A stretch of DNA of 64,000 nucleotides, taken from assembly GCA_963750915.1 (NCBI GenBank), contig CAVVSF010000008.1, positions 581,947 to 645,946 of the forward strand. Direction: 5' to 3'. Source of the DNA: an uncultured Acidobacteriota bacterium (GTDB lineage Bacteria; Acidobacteriota; Vicinamibacteria; Vicinamibacterales; 2-12-FULL-66-21). Position numbers and translations under genes: made by a program. This document shows positions 56,523 to 64,000 of this stretch, piece by piece. Each line of letters starts with the position of its first letter. Positions within the stretch are counted from its first letter, which is position 1. The notes beneath the pieces were generated by a model. That model made no database searches. It had not been told where the DNA came from and saw only the letters and a list, made by a program, of their open reading frames with translations.

Positions 56523-56675
56523 CTACTCGTGACGCAGTGCGATCTTCGGATCCGCGGACGCCGCCCGGTGAGCGGGCAGCCAGCAGGCCGCGAGCGCGCA
56601 CAGACCCAGGACGATCGGCACGACGACCAGCGTCAGCGGGTCGAGCGGCCCGACACCGAAGAGCAGGTTGCTCAT
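56523..56675 (-). pseudogene. Orphan remnant of an FtsX/ADOP permease C-terminus (last TM helix only)
   Basis: The 50-aa ORF MSNLLFGVGPLDPLTLVVVPIVLGLCALAACWLPAHRAASADPKIALRHE matches the conserved extreme C-terminus of the neighbouring permeases (compare LYGVGPSDWVSML...LVPALRAARIDPAATLRHDE). No upstream permease sequence exists in any frame. Confidence 0.55.
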
Positions 56676-56834
56676 CGGCAACGATCCTCAATGCCGTCGC
56701 CAATGGCTATTCCTTCGGCTTGGAACGGAGAGCGACTATGATTCCGCCATGCCGACGCCGCGCGCGTCGGCCTCAGCCGCAGCCTCGGTGCCCTGTTCCT
56801 GGTCAGACTCGGGAACGACATGAAGGAGGTCCGC

Positions 56835-57422
56835 ATGAGAACGTTGGTCGTACTCGCGTCGCTCGGCGCCGCGCTCATCGCCGCGCCGCAGACCTCGACG
56901 CCCGATGCCGAGGGTTTCATCCGCAACTGGCTGATCCTGGCGCCGATCGCGATCGAAGGTGAATCGGGCGCGACCGCGATCGATGCGCCGCTCCTCGACA
57001 ACGAGGCCGGCGTCAAGCCAAAGCCTGGCGACACGGTGGTCATCGGCAGCAAGCCGCTGTCGTGGAAGCCGCATCAGTCGTCCGACTACCTGATCGACTT
57101 CCTGCAGGCGTTTCCCGAGCGCGGCGAGTACGTCGCCGCCTACGCCGTCGCCTACGTCCACGCCGCTGAAGACATGAAAGTGACGCTCGCGCTCAGTACC
57201 AACGACCAGGGCAAGGCCTGGGTCAACGGCAAGGAAGTCTTCAAGTTCGCCGAGACGCGCACCCTCGAGAAGGACACCGACAAGGTCGACGTCGCCCTGG
57301 TCAAGGGGCCGAACGTCGTGATGCTGAAGGTCGTCAACGAGGTCAACAACTGGCAGGCCTGCGCCAGGTTCCTGAGCAACGGCGCTCCGGTCACGAACCT
57401 GAAAATCTCGCTCACGCCGTAA
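56835..57422 (+). CDS. Secreted hypothetical protein (beta-sandwich-like, FIRNWLILAPI motif)
   Basis: ATG 56835 follows AAGGAGG at 5-nt spacing. Signal peptide MRTLVVLASLGAALIAAP. About 175 aa of all-beta-looking sequence. Confidence 0.65.
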   Translation: MRTLVVLASLGAALIAAPQTSTPDAEGFIRNWLILAPIAIEGESGATAIDAPLLDNEAGVKPKPGDTVVIGSKPLSWKPHQSSDYLIDFLQAFPERGEYVAAYAVAYVHAAEDMKVTLALSTNDQGKAWVNGKEVFKFAETRTLEKDTDKVDVALVKGPNVVMLKVVNEVNNWQACARFLSNGAPVTNLKISLTP

Positions 57423-57453
57423 GGCAGTCGCAGACGCCGCGAGGTCCAGGAGC

Positions 57454-58531
57454 ATGGCCGCCACATCCACCCGCCTGCCTCTCGTTTCGGCGCTCCTCCT
57501 CGTCGTCAGCCAGTGCGGCGCGGCGCGCGTCGTCGCCCAGGCGCGCTGGAGCCCGGCGATGCTGCAGCAGCCGACGGCTTGGTACAGCTCGGCGGAGGCG
57601 CGCGCGGTCGCCGACAACGTCTTGCAATATCAGTCGGCTTACGGCGGCTGGCCGAAGAACACGGACCTGTCGCAGCCGCCGTCGCCCGCGGCGCTCGCCG
57701 CTATCGAGGCAGGGCAGTTCGCCGACACGATCGACAACGGCGGCACCACGGAGCCGCTGCAGTTCCTCGCGCTGATGGTGCAGGCGACCGGCGACGAGCG
57801 CTACCGGACGGCGTTCGACCGCGGCTTCGACTACCTGCTCGCGGCGCAGTATCCCAACGGCGGCTGGCCGCAGTTCTTTCCGCTGCGCGAGGGCTACTAC
57901 TCGCGCCTCACGTTCAACGACAACGCCATGGTGCTGGTGTTGCGGCTGCTGCGCGACGCCGCCGCCGCCCGGGCGCCCTACACGTTCGTGGACACCGCCC
58001 GCCGCGACAAGGCACGCGCCGCGGTGGCTCGCGGCGTCGACGTGATTCTGCGCACGCAGGTGAGGCAGCGCGGCACGCTCACCGCGTGGTGCGCGCAGTA
58101 CCGACGAACGCACGCTCGCGCCGGCGTGGGCGCGCAATTACGAGCCGCCGTCGCTCTCGGGCCAGGAAAGCGTCGGCATCGTGCAGTTTCTGATGGAAAT
58201 TGACACGCCGTCGCCAGAGATCGTGGCCGCCGTCGAGGCGGCAGTGGCCTGGTTCAAGGCCGTGGCGATCAGCGGTTTGCGGCTCGAGGAGTTCGTGGAC
58301 GGTGAAGGCCGCCGCGATCGACGGGTGGTCGCCGACCCGGCGGCAGACCCCCTGTGGGCGCGCTTCTACGATCTGGAAACGAACCGGACGCTGTTCACCG
58401 GCCGCGACCGGATCGTTCGCGACGCGCTCGCCGACATCGAGCACGAGCGCCGCGCCGGCTACGCCTACTACGGCACCTGGCCCGCGAATCTCCTCGCCCG
58501 CGACTACCCGCGGTGGCGGGCGCGCCGCTGA
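57454..58531 (+). pseudogene. Pectate lyase family PL10 (PelA/Pel-15E-like), one frameshift
   Basis: ORF 57454..58203 has LQYQSAYGGWPKN, LLAAQYPNGGWPQFFP and TFNDNAMV. After WCAQY the expected DERTLAPAWARNYEPPSLSGQESVGIVQFLMEIDTPSP reads in the +1 frame (ORF 58181..58531). This implies an extra nt near 58102 (cag tac C gac gaa). Confidence 0.75.
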
Positions 58532-58588
58532 TTCGGGGATCGGCCGCCATGGCCACCGCCACGCCGGCGCGAGCCGCAGTGAAGCCGC

Positions 58589-61153
58589 CTAGATCAGTCC
58601 ATCCGCGATGTACAAGCTGCTCAGCGCGCGGTGCCAGGAATAGGCCTGCGAACGTCCGTCCGGCGTGACGTGGAAGGTCGCGTACCCCATGACGCCGGCA
58701 GCGTCGCGCGGCAGGATGTTCCTCCACGACGTCTGCGTGCCGGTCTGGCTGTCGACCAGGTATATCTCTCCAAGGGGAGCCTCGGGGTCGGACGGGCGCG
58801 TGACGAGGAGCCCGTCGGTGATCCAGCCGATAGGCGTTTCGCGCCCGGTCATGCCGCGGAGATCCTGAGGTCCGCTGCCGTCCACGGGGTAGAGACGAAC
58901 CAAGCGATCGTCGCCGCTGGCAGCGATCGTCGCGCCGTCCGGAGAGACGACCCACGGCGAAATGCCCTCCGGTGAGATCGCGGTCGGGCGGCCCTGCTCG
59001 AGGTCGAGGACGTAGAGCCGCACCCGATGGCCGGGCTCCAGCGCCGAGACGACGACCCGGTCGCCGCCAGGCAGCCAGCTCGCGCCGGTGTAGCGGAGAC
59101 CGTTGTCGGCAAGCCGCCGGCGATCGCCGGCGCCAGTCGGGACGAGATCGAGTTGCGACCCATTCCCGCTCAGGCAGAGCGCCCACCGGGCGTCAGGCGA
59201 CAGCGCCAGACCGTAGCCGTCGCTCAGCCGGACCGCGGGCGAGCCGTCCATCCCGCGAAGATAGACGGAGTTTGCCTGGCCGCCCGCGAGGCCGTACTCG
59301 GAGAAGAGCACCCATCGGCCGTCGCGCGAGATGCCCGCGGGCCACGACGCGTCGTGCCAGGACAGGTCGCGATCGCTGACGTCGTCGGGGCGCCTGGCGA
59401 TCAGGGCCGCGCGGTCGTCGGTGTGCGCGAGGAGGAGCCGGCCGTCCGGCATGACATCCCACAACGTCGCGTTGCCCGGCATCCGCGTGATCGTCCGATG
59501 GGCGCCGCCCGGTGTGACCGCCCGCAACGGTCGATACAGCGGTTCCTTGTCCGCGGCCGTGTACAAGATCTCGTCGCCGCGCCAGGCCAGGCCGTGGACG
59601 TTCAGGTATTCGTCCGAAAGTCGTTTCACGCTGCCCGTCTGATCAGTGATGGCTACATGTCCTACCAGCGACCCCGGGCTCCGGTACTGGACGAACGCCA
59701 CGCGCCTGCCGTCGGCCGACACCCGCGGGAAGCCAAACCCGGCGAACTCGCCGCTAGCCGCCTGGACCAGCGTCTTGCCGACAGGGAACTCCAGCCGGTC
59801 GTTGTCGTCGACGCGACGCACGATCGCTAGGTCGGCGCCGTCGGGCGACCAGTCCGCGAACTTCACGTTCTCGACCAGGGCGCGCGGCGTGCCGCCGGTC
59901 ATCGGCACCCGCGCGAGAGTGCCGTAGGTAATCACCGCGCCGACGTGCGGCCCGAGCGCCAGCGCGAGCTCGCCGGTGCGCGAGATGGCGAGGATGTTCG
60001 CTTCGGGCAGATCGACCGGGTGCGAATCGGGGTTGTCGAGGCCGCCGTTGTAAACGCGACAGGCGCCCCCTTCCCACAACGCGCTGTAGAGGATGTTCTT
60101 GCCGCCGGGCGCAACCCGCGCCGAGCGGATAAGGCCCCGCCGGAAGGTCAGCCGCCGGAACGACGGCACGGCGGGACCGCCCCTGCCACCGAGCCACATG
60201 CCGCCGGCGGCGCCGGCCGCGACGAGCCCTGCCGCGGAGGCGCCGTAGAGCAGCGCCTTGCGGCGCGACACCCCGGGGGCGCGAACCACCGCCGACGACA
60301 CGCCAGTCTGGTTCGTCGTCGACACGACCTCGAGCGCAAGGCCGAGATCGTGGGCGGAGTGGAATCGGTCCTCGGGCCGCTTCTCGAGGCAGCGGCTGAC
60401 GACACGCGCGACCGCCGGCGGTACGCCCGGCGGCAGATCGGCGGGATCGTTCTTGAGAATCGCCGTCAACGTTTCCGGGTGCGTGTCGCGCTGAAACGGG
60501 CGGGCGCCCGACAGCAGCTCGTGCATCACGACGCCGAGCGCGAAGATGTCGGCGCGATGATCGACGGCCTCGCCCCGCACCTGTTCCGGCGCCATGTACC
60601 CGACCGTGCCGACGACGACGCCGGCGCCCGTCAAACTGGCGGCAACAGTGGCGGCGTCGTTTTCCGCGGCCTGGACCAGTTTCGCGACGCCGAAGTCCAG
60701 GATCTTGACCCGTCCGTCACGGGTGAGGAACAGGTTCTCGGGCTTGAGGTCGCGATGAATGATGCCGCGGGCGTGGGCCGCCGCGAGTCCGCGCGCGATC
60801 TCGCGCGTGTACTCAATCGCCTGCCGGGTCGGCAGGGCGCCGTGGCGCAGCCGGCCGCGGAGGGTCTCTCCGTCGAGCAGCTCCGAGACGATGTAGGAGA
60901 CGTTGCCCTTGCGGCCGACGTCGTAGACGACCAGGAGGTTGGGATGGTCCAGGGCGCCAGCTGCCCTCGCCTCCGTCTCGAAGCGGCGGACGAGATCGGA
61001 GTCAGCGGCGCCTCCGGCCACGGTCTTGACCGCGACGTGGCGGCCAAGACGCGGGTCGTGAGCGCGGTAGACCTGCCCCATCCCGCCCGCGCCGATCAGG
61101 CTGTCGATCTCGTACGGACCGAGCTGGGTACCGGCTGGGAGCAGGTCGCTCAT
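58589..61153 (-). CDS. Ser/Thr protein kinase fused to TM segment and TolB-like beta-propeller domains
   Basis: 854 aa with LIGAGGMGQVYRAHD, VAVK, HRDLKPENLFL, DFGVAK and GTVGYMAPE. A TM helix (LYGASAAGLVAAGAAGGMWL) and long WD40/PD40-like repeats follow. Confidence 0.9.
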   Translation of the reverse strand: MSDLLPAGTQLGPYEIDSLIGAGGMGQVYRAHDPRLGRHVAVKTVAGGAADSDLVRRFETEARAAGALDHPNLLVVYDVGRKGNVSYIVSELLDGETLRGRLRHGALPTRQAIEYTREIARGLAAAHARGIIHRDLKPENLFLTRDGRVKILDFGVAKLVQAAENDAATVAASLTGAGVVVGTVGYMAPEQVRGEAVDHRADIFALGVVMHELLSGARPFQRDTHPETLTAILKNDPADLPPGVPPAVARVVSRCLEKRPEDRFHSAHDLGLALEVVSTTNQTGVSSAVVRAPGVSRRKALLYGASAAGLVAAGAAGGMWLGGRGGPAVPSFRRLTFRRGLIRSARVAPGGKNILYSALWEGGACRVYNGGLDNPDSHPVDLPEANILAISRTGELALALGPHVGAVITYGTLARVPMTGGTPRALVENVKFADWSPDGADLAIVRRVDDNDRLEFPVGKTLVQAASGEFAGFGFPRVSADGRRVAFVQYRSPGSLVGHVAITDQTGSVKRLSDEYLNVHGLAWRGDEILYTAADKEPLYRPLRAVTPGGAHRTITRMPGNATLWDVMPDGRLLLAHTDDRAALIARRPDDVSDRDLSWHDASWPAGISRDGRWVLFSEYGLAGGQANSVYLRGMDGSPAVRLSDGYGLALSPDARWALCLSGNGSQLDLVPTGAGDRRRLADNGLRYTGASWLPGGDRVVVSALEPGHRVRLYVLDLEQGRPTAISPEGISPWVVSPDGATIAASGDDRLVRLYPVDGSGPQDLRGMTGRETPIGWITDGLLVTRPSDPEAPLGEIYLVDSQTGTQTSWRNILPRDAAGVMGYATFHVTPDGRSQAYSWHRALSSLYIADGLI

Positions 61154-61274
61154 GGCGCATCATTGTAGAGCTAAGCGCGACAGGCTCGGGATCGAATCTG
61201 CCAGCGCCAGAAATCGCCGCAAATCGGAACAAACCAACCCTTTCGACGTCCAACTCGTCTACTGGACAGCTCTT

Positions 61275-62435
61275 ATGACCATGAAGGCGTTAGCCTGCCG
61301 ACCCCCTGGCATGGCCGCGATTGCGATCGTCGCCGCCGCGGTTCTCACGTCGGCGCAAATCCCGCAGCCGCCGGCCGCACCACCGCCCTCCGTTCCGGCC
61401 GCCCCCGCCGCTGAATCCGTCAAGCGCGCCGAGCAGGTGCTCGCCGAAGCGCGCAAGGCCATGGGGGCCGACAAGCTGGCGCAGATCAAGACCCTGATCG
61501 CATCCGGCCGGACCAAGCGCATCCGCGGCAACAACCTCGTGCCGATCGAGTTCGAGACGCTGATCGAGCTCCCTGACAAGTACGTGCGCATCGACGAGTT
61601 CCCGGCGGAGGACACCGACCCGACATCCGCCGGCTTCAACGGCGAGGCCCTGATCCAGAACCCGCCGCCGCAGGCGATGCCGGCCGGCGGACGCGGCATG
61701 CCGCCGGGTATGACGCCGCCGGGCATGCCGCCAGCGGGTCCGCCCGCGGTCGCCGCGCCGCCCGCAGGTGCCGCCTCGGCACCAGCGCCCCCGCCCGGTG
61801 CCAAACCTCCCGCCGGCGCAACGCCGCCGGCGGCCGGCATGCCTGGTGGCGGACGCGGCCCGATGCCCGATCCCCGCCGCGCCCGCGTCACCTCGCTCAA
61901 GCAGGACTATGCCAGGCTCGCGCTCGGACTCTTCGCCGCCTCGCCGGCGTATCCGCTGACCTTCTCGTGGGCGGCGGTAGCGGAAGCGCCGCAGGGCCAG
62001 GCCGACGTCCTCGACGCGAAGGGTGAAGGCACCTTCGCGCTGCGCTTCTTCGTTCACGCCGATTCGCACCTCCCGATCATGGTGAGCTGGACGACGCCGC
62101 CGACCAACGTCATCGTCACCGTGCCCGGCCAGCCGCCGCCCGCCACCGTCGCGCCCGGTGCGGTCGTCGTCGCGGGGCCGCCGGCGCCGGCGGCGAACGC
62201 GCCAAAAGAGGAAATGGACAAGTACTCGAAGGACGTGCTCGCCATCCGCGCCAAGGCGCAGGCGACGCCGGTCGAGCATCGCCTGTACTTCGCCGACTAT
62301 CGCGATGTCGACGGCGTCAAGCTCCCGTTCCGCCTGCGCCGCGCCATCGGCGCGGAGACGACCGAAGAGACGACGTTCGATCGCTTCCGCGTCAATACGA
62401 AAATCGATCCGCGGAAGCTGGAACCGCTGAAGTAA
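61275..62435 (+). CDS. Secreted hypothetical protein with internal Pro/Gly/Met-rich low-complexity insert
   Basis: ATG 61275 (MTMKALACRPPGMAAIAIVAAAVLTSAQ). The globular halves are separated by PPQAMPAGGRGMPPGMTPPGMPPAGPP...GMPGGGRGPMP. I did not recognise a family. Confidence 0.65.
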   Translation: MTMKALACRPPGMAAIAIVAAAVLTSAQIPQPPAAPPPSVPAAPAAESVKRAEQVLAEARKAMGADKLAQIKTLIASGRTKRIRGNNLVPIEFETLIELPDKYVRIDEFPAEDTDPTSAGFNGEALIQNPPPQAMPAGGRGMPPGMTPPGMPPAGPPAVAAPPAGAASAPAPPPGAKPPAGATPPAAGMPGGGRGPMPDPRRARVTSLKQDYARLALGLFAASPAYPLTFSWAAVAEAPQGQADVLDAKGEGTFALRFFVHADSHLPIMVSWTTPPTNVIVTVPGQPPPATVAPGAVVVAGPPAPAANAPKEEMDKYSKDVLAIRAKAQATPVEHRLYFADYRDVDGVKLPFRLRRAIGAETTEETTFDRFRVNTKIDPRKLEPLK

Positions 62436-62459
62436 GTCCGCAAGAAGAGAGAAGACAAC

Positions 62460-64000
62460 ATGATGCGCGCCGCCGCGATCCTCTGCCTGGCCTGCCTGGC
62501 GCCGGCCACCCTCGCTGCTCAGACCGCTCGCGATGCCACCGTGCTGGTGACCGTCGTCGACGAGACCCGGGGCGTGCTGCCCGGCGCAACCGTGACGATT
62601 GCCGGCGCCGACGCCGCGAGCAAGGAGGCGATCGCGCCGGCGACAGCCAGCGTGCAGGGCCAGGTCACGTTCGAGAACCTCGTCCCCGGCCGCTATTCGA
62701 TCACGGCGGAGTTCTCCGGCTTCCAGACACGGACGCTGACCGACGTCCGGCTGCGCAGCGGCAATAACAAGCAGCTGGTGGTACTGCCGATCGATCGGCT
62801 GCAGTCGTCGGTGACCGTCGAGCGCGACCGGCAGCAGGTAGCGTCCGAGCGCGACATCACGTTCGGCACGGTCATGACGCGCGAGCAGATCGACGCGCTC
62901 TCCGATGATCCCGACGAGCTGCGGCGGCAGCTGATGGACATCGCCGGACCCGATGCCAGGATCCTGATCGACAGCTTCGAGGGGCGCGACCTGCCGCCCA
63001 AGGCGCTGATCAAGTCGATTCGCGTGACCCGCGACTCGTTCGCGCCGGAAGTGCACTTCGCCGGCGAGGTGCGCATCGAGATCCTGACCCAGCCGGGCAT
63101 CGGCCCGATCCGCGGCAACATGCGCATGGGCTTCTACGACAGCGCCCTCGACGGCGAGAACCCGCTGGTCAACCAGACCGGCCCGGCGCAGAGCTGGATG
63201 TACGGCATCGGCTTGAACGGCACGCTGCTCAGCGAGCGGGCCTCGTTCAACATCAACTTCAACGGCCAGGACAGCTACGCGACGCCGGTGCTCTACGCCC
63301 AGACGCCGGTCGGCCAGATCGCCGGCAACATCCCGCTGCGGGCGCTGCAGGACAACTACTTCTACAACGGCGGCGTCGACTACGCCCTGACCCGCGACCA
63401 GGTACTGCGCCTGAACTTCCAGGGATCGCAGTTCAGCCGCGGCAACATCGGCGTCGGCGCGCAGGACCTGCCGGAACGCGCCTACACGATGGAAGACACC
63501 TCGTACGGCGTGTTCCTCCAGCAGAACGGTCCGATCGGGCGCCGGTTCGTCCTCAACACCAGGCTCTCGCTGTTCGGCAACAACTCGACATCGCGGTCGG
63601 CGATCGAGGAGCCGACGATCATCGTCAACGACGAGTTCACCAACGGCGGCGCGCAGCGCAGCGGCGGCCAGCACACGCGCAACTACTTTTTCAACTCCGA
63701 TCTCGACTACGTCCGCGGCCGCCACTCGATGCGCTTCGGCGTCGAGGTCCAGGCCAGCACCTATCGCAGCGACGCCAACAGCAACTACCTCGGCACCTAC
63801 GTCTTCGAGAGCCTCGAGGCCTTCAACGAAGGCCGGGCGCGCAGCTACAGCCGCCGCATCGGCGATCCCAACATCAGCTACTCGAACGTCCAGGGTGGCA
63901 TCTACGCCCAGGATGACTTCAAGATTCGCAAGAACCTGACCGTCACCGGCGGCGTCCGCTATGAAGCGCAGACCCATATTCCCGACCAGCTGAACTTCGC
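62460..64000 (+). CDS. TonB-dependent-receptor-like outer-membrane protein with CarboxypepD_reg domain (runs off right edge)
   Basis: The frame is open from ATG 62460 to the window end: MMRAAAILCLACLAPATLAAQTARDATVLVTVVDETRGVLPGATVTIAGAD...VTFENLVPGRYSITAEFSGFQ...SIRVTRDSFAPE.... Absent from the ORF track because there is no stop in the window. Confidence 0.8.
   Translation, partial: MMRAAAILCLACLAPATLAAQTARDATVLVTVVDETRGVLPGATVTIAGADAASKEAIAPATASVQGQVTFENLVPGRYSITAEFSGFQTRTLTDVRLRSGNNKQLVVLPIDRLQSSVTVERDRQQVASERDITFGTVMTREQIDALSDDPDELRRQLMDIAGPDARILIDSFEGRDLPPKALIKSIRVTRDSFAPEVHFAGEVRIEILTQPGIGPIRGNMRMGFYDSALDGENPLVNQTGPAQSWMYGIGLNGTLLSERASFNINFNGQDSYATPVLYAQTPVGQIAGNIPLRALQDNYFYNGGVDYALTRDQVLRLNFQGSQFSRGNIGVGAQDLPERAYTMEDTSYGVFLQQNGPIGRRFVLNTRLSLFGNNSTSRSAIEEPTIIVNDEFTNGGAQRSGGQHTRNYFFNSDLDYVRGRHSMRFGVEVQASTYRSDANSNYLGTYVFESLEAFNEGRARSYSRRIGDPNISYSNVQGGIYAQDDFKIRKNLTVTGGVRYEAQTHIPDQLNF

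Noticed and set aside
61290-63977. 895-aa minus-strand ORF, the longest of many long antisense ORFs. Others include 3293..4894, 5953..6939, 6997..8595, 19367..21406, 23450..24682, 25070..26428, 27150..28850, 36969..38354, 41655..43846 (several frames), 47106..48539 and 53173..55209.
   Set aside because: These are shadow ORFs typical of very GC-rich DNA. Their translations are Arg/Ala/Gly/Pro-rich low-complexity strings with no recognisable motifs, and each lies opposite a gene with clear family signatures.

Overview
Very GC-rich chromosomal segment whose gene content looks Acidobacteriota-like: PadR plus duplicated FtsX/MacB-type 'ADOP' permeases, CarboxypepD_reg TonB-dependent receptors, PSCyt/DUF1549/DUF1553 + DUF1501 pairs, and Ser/Thr kinase-TolB fusions. 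I support about 45 protein-coding genes. I found no rRNA, tRNA, CRISPR array, transposase or integrase. Content from left to right: (1) a glycan-utilisation group (GH31, TonB receptor, CE15 esterase). (2) A divergent fatty-acyl modification cluster (desaturase, FAD oxidoreductase, DUF1365, two CFA-synthase-family methyltransferases, DUF1295, DUF2177) ending in a CarH/LitR-type B12 photoreceptor regulator. (3) Two paralogous PSCyt/DUF1553-DUF1501 pairs, one disrupted by frameshifts. (4) Alpha/beta hydrolase, ankyrin protein, S9 peptidase and the agmatine-to-putrescine genes. (5) A PadR-membrane protein pair and a putative AIM24-SET-hypothetical-PD40 operon. (6) Tannase-family esterase and HpcH aldolase. 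(7) A roughly 1440-aa repetitive coiled-coil/PAS protein whose histidine-kinase core has lost its catalytic motifs. (8) A MetE-like protein and a PadR + two ADOP permease module. (9) A PL10 pectate lyase, a Ser/Thr kinase and a second TonB-like receptor that runs off the right edge. The non-coding DNA holds several families of long hairpin-forming elements whose arms are built from short tandem repeats. At least seven reading-frame disruptions affect otherwise clearly recognisable genes; these are either assembly indels or real gene decay, and I cannot tell which from sequence alone. Function calls rest on motifs I recognised by eye in the translations, not on database searches. Start codons are often uncertain because many ORF-track entries carry spurious N-terminal extensions. 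Long antisense shadow ORFs are common in DNA this GC-rich and were ignored.
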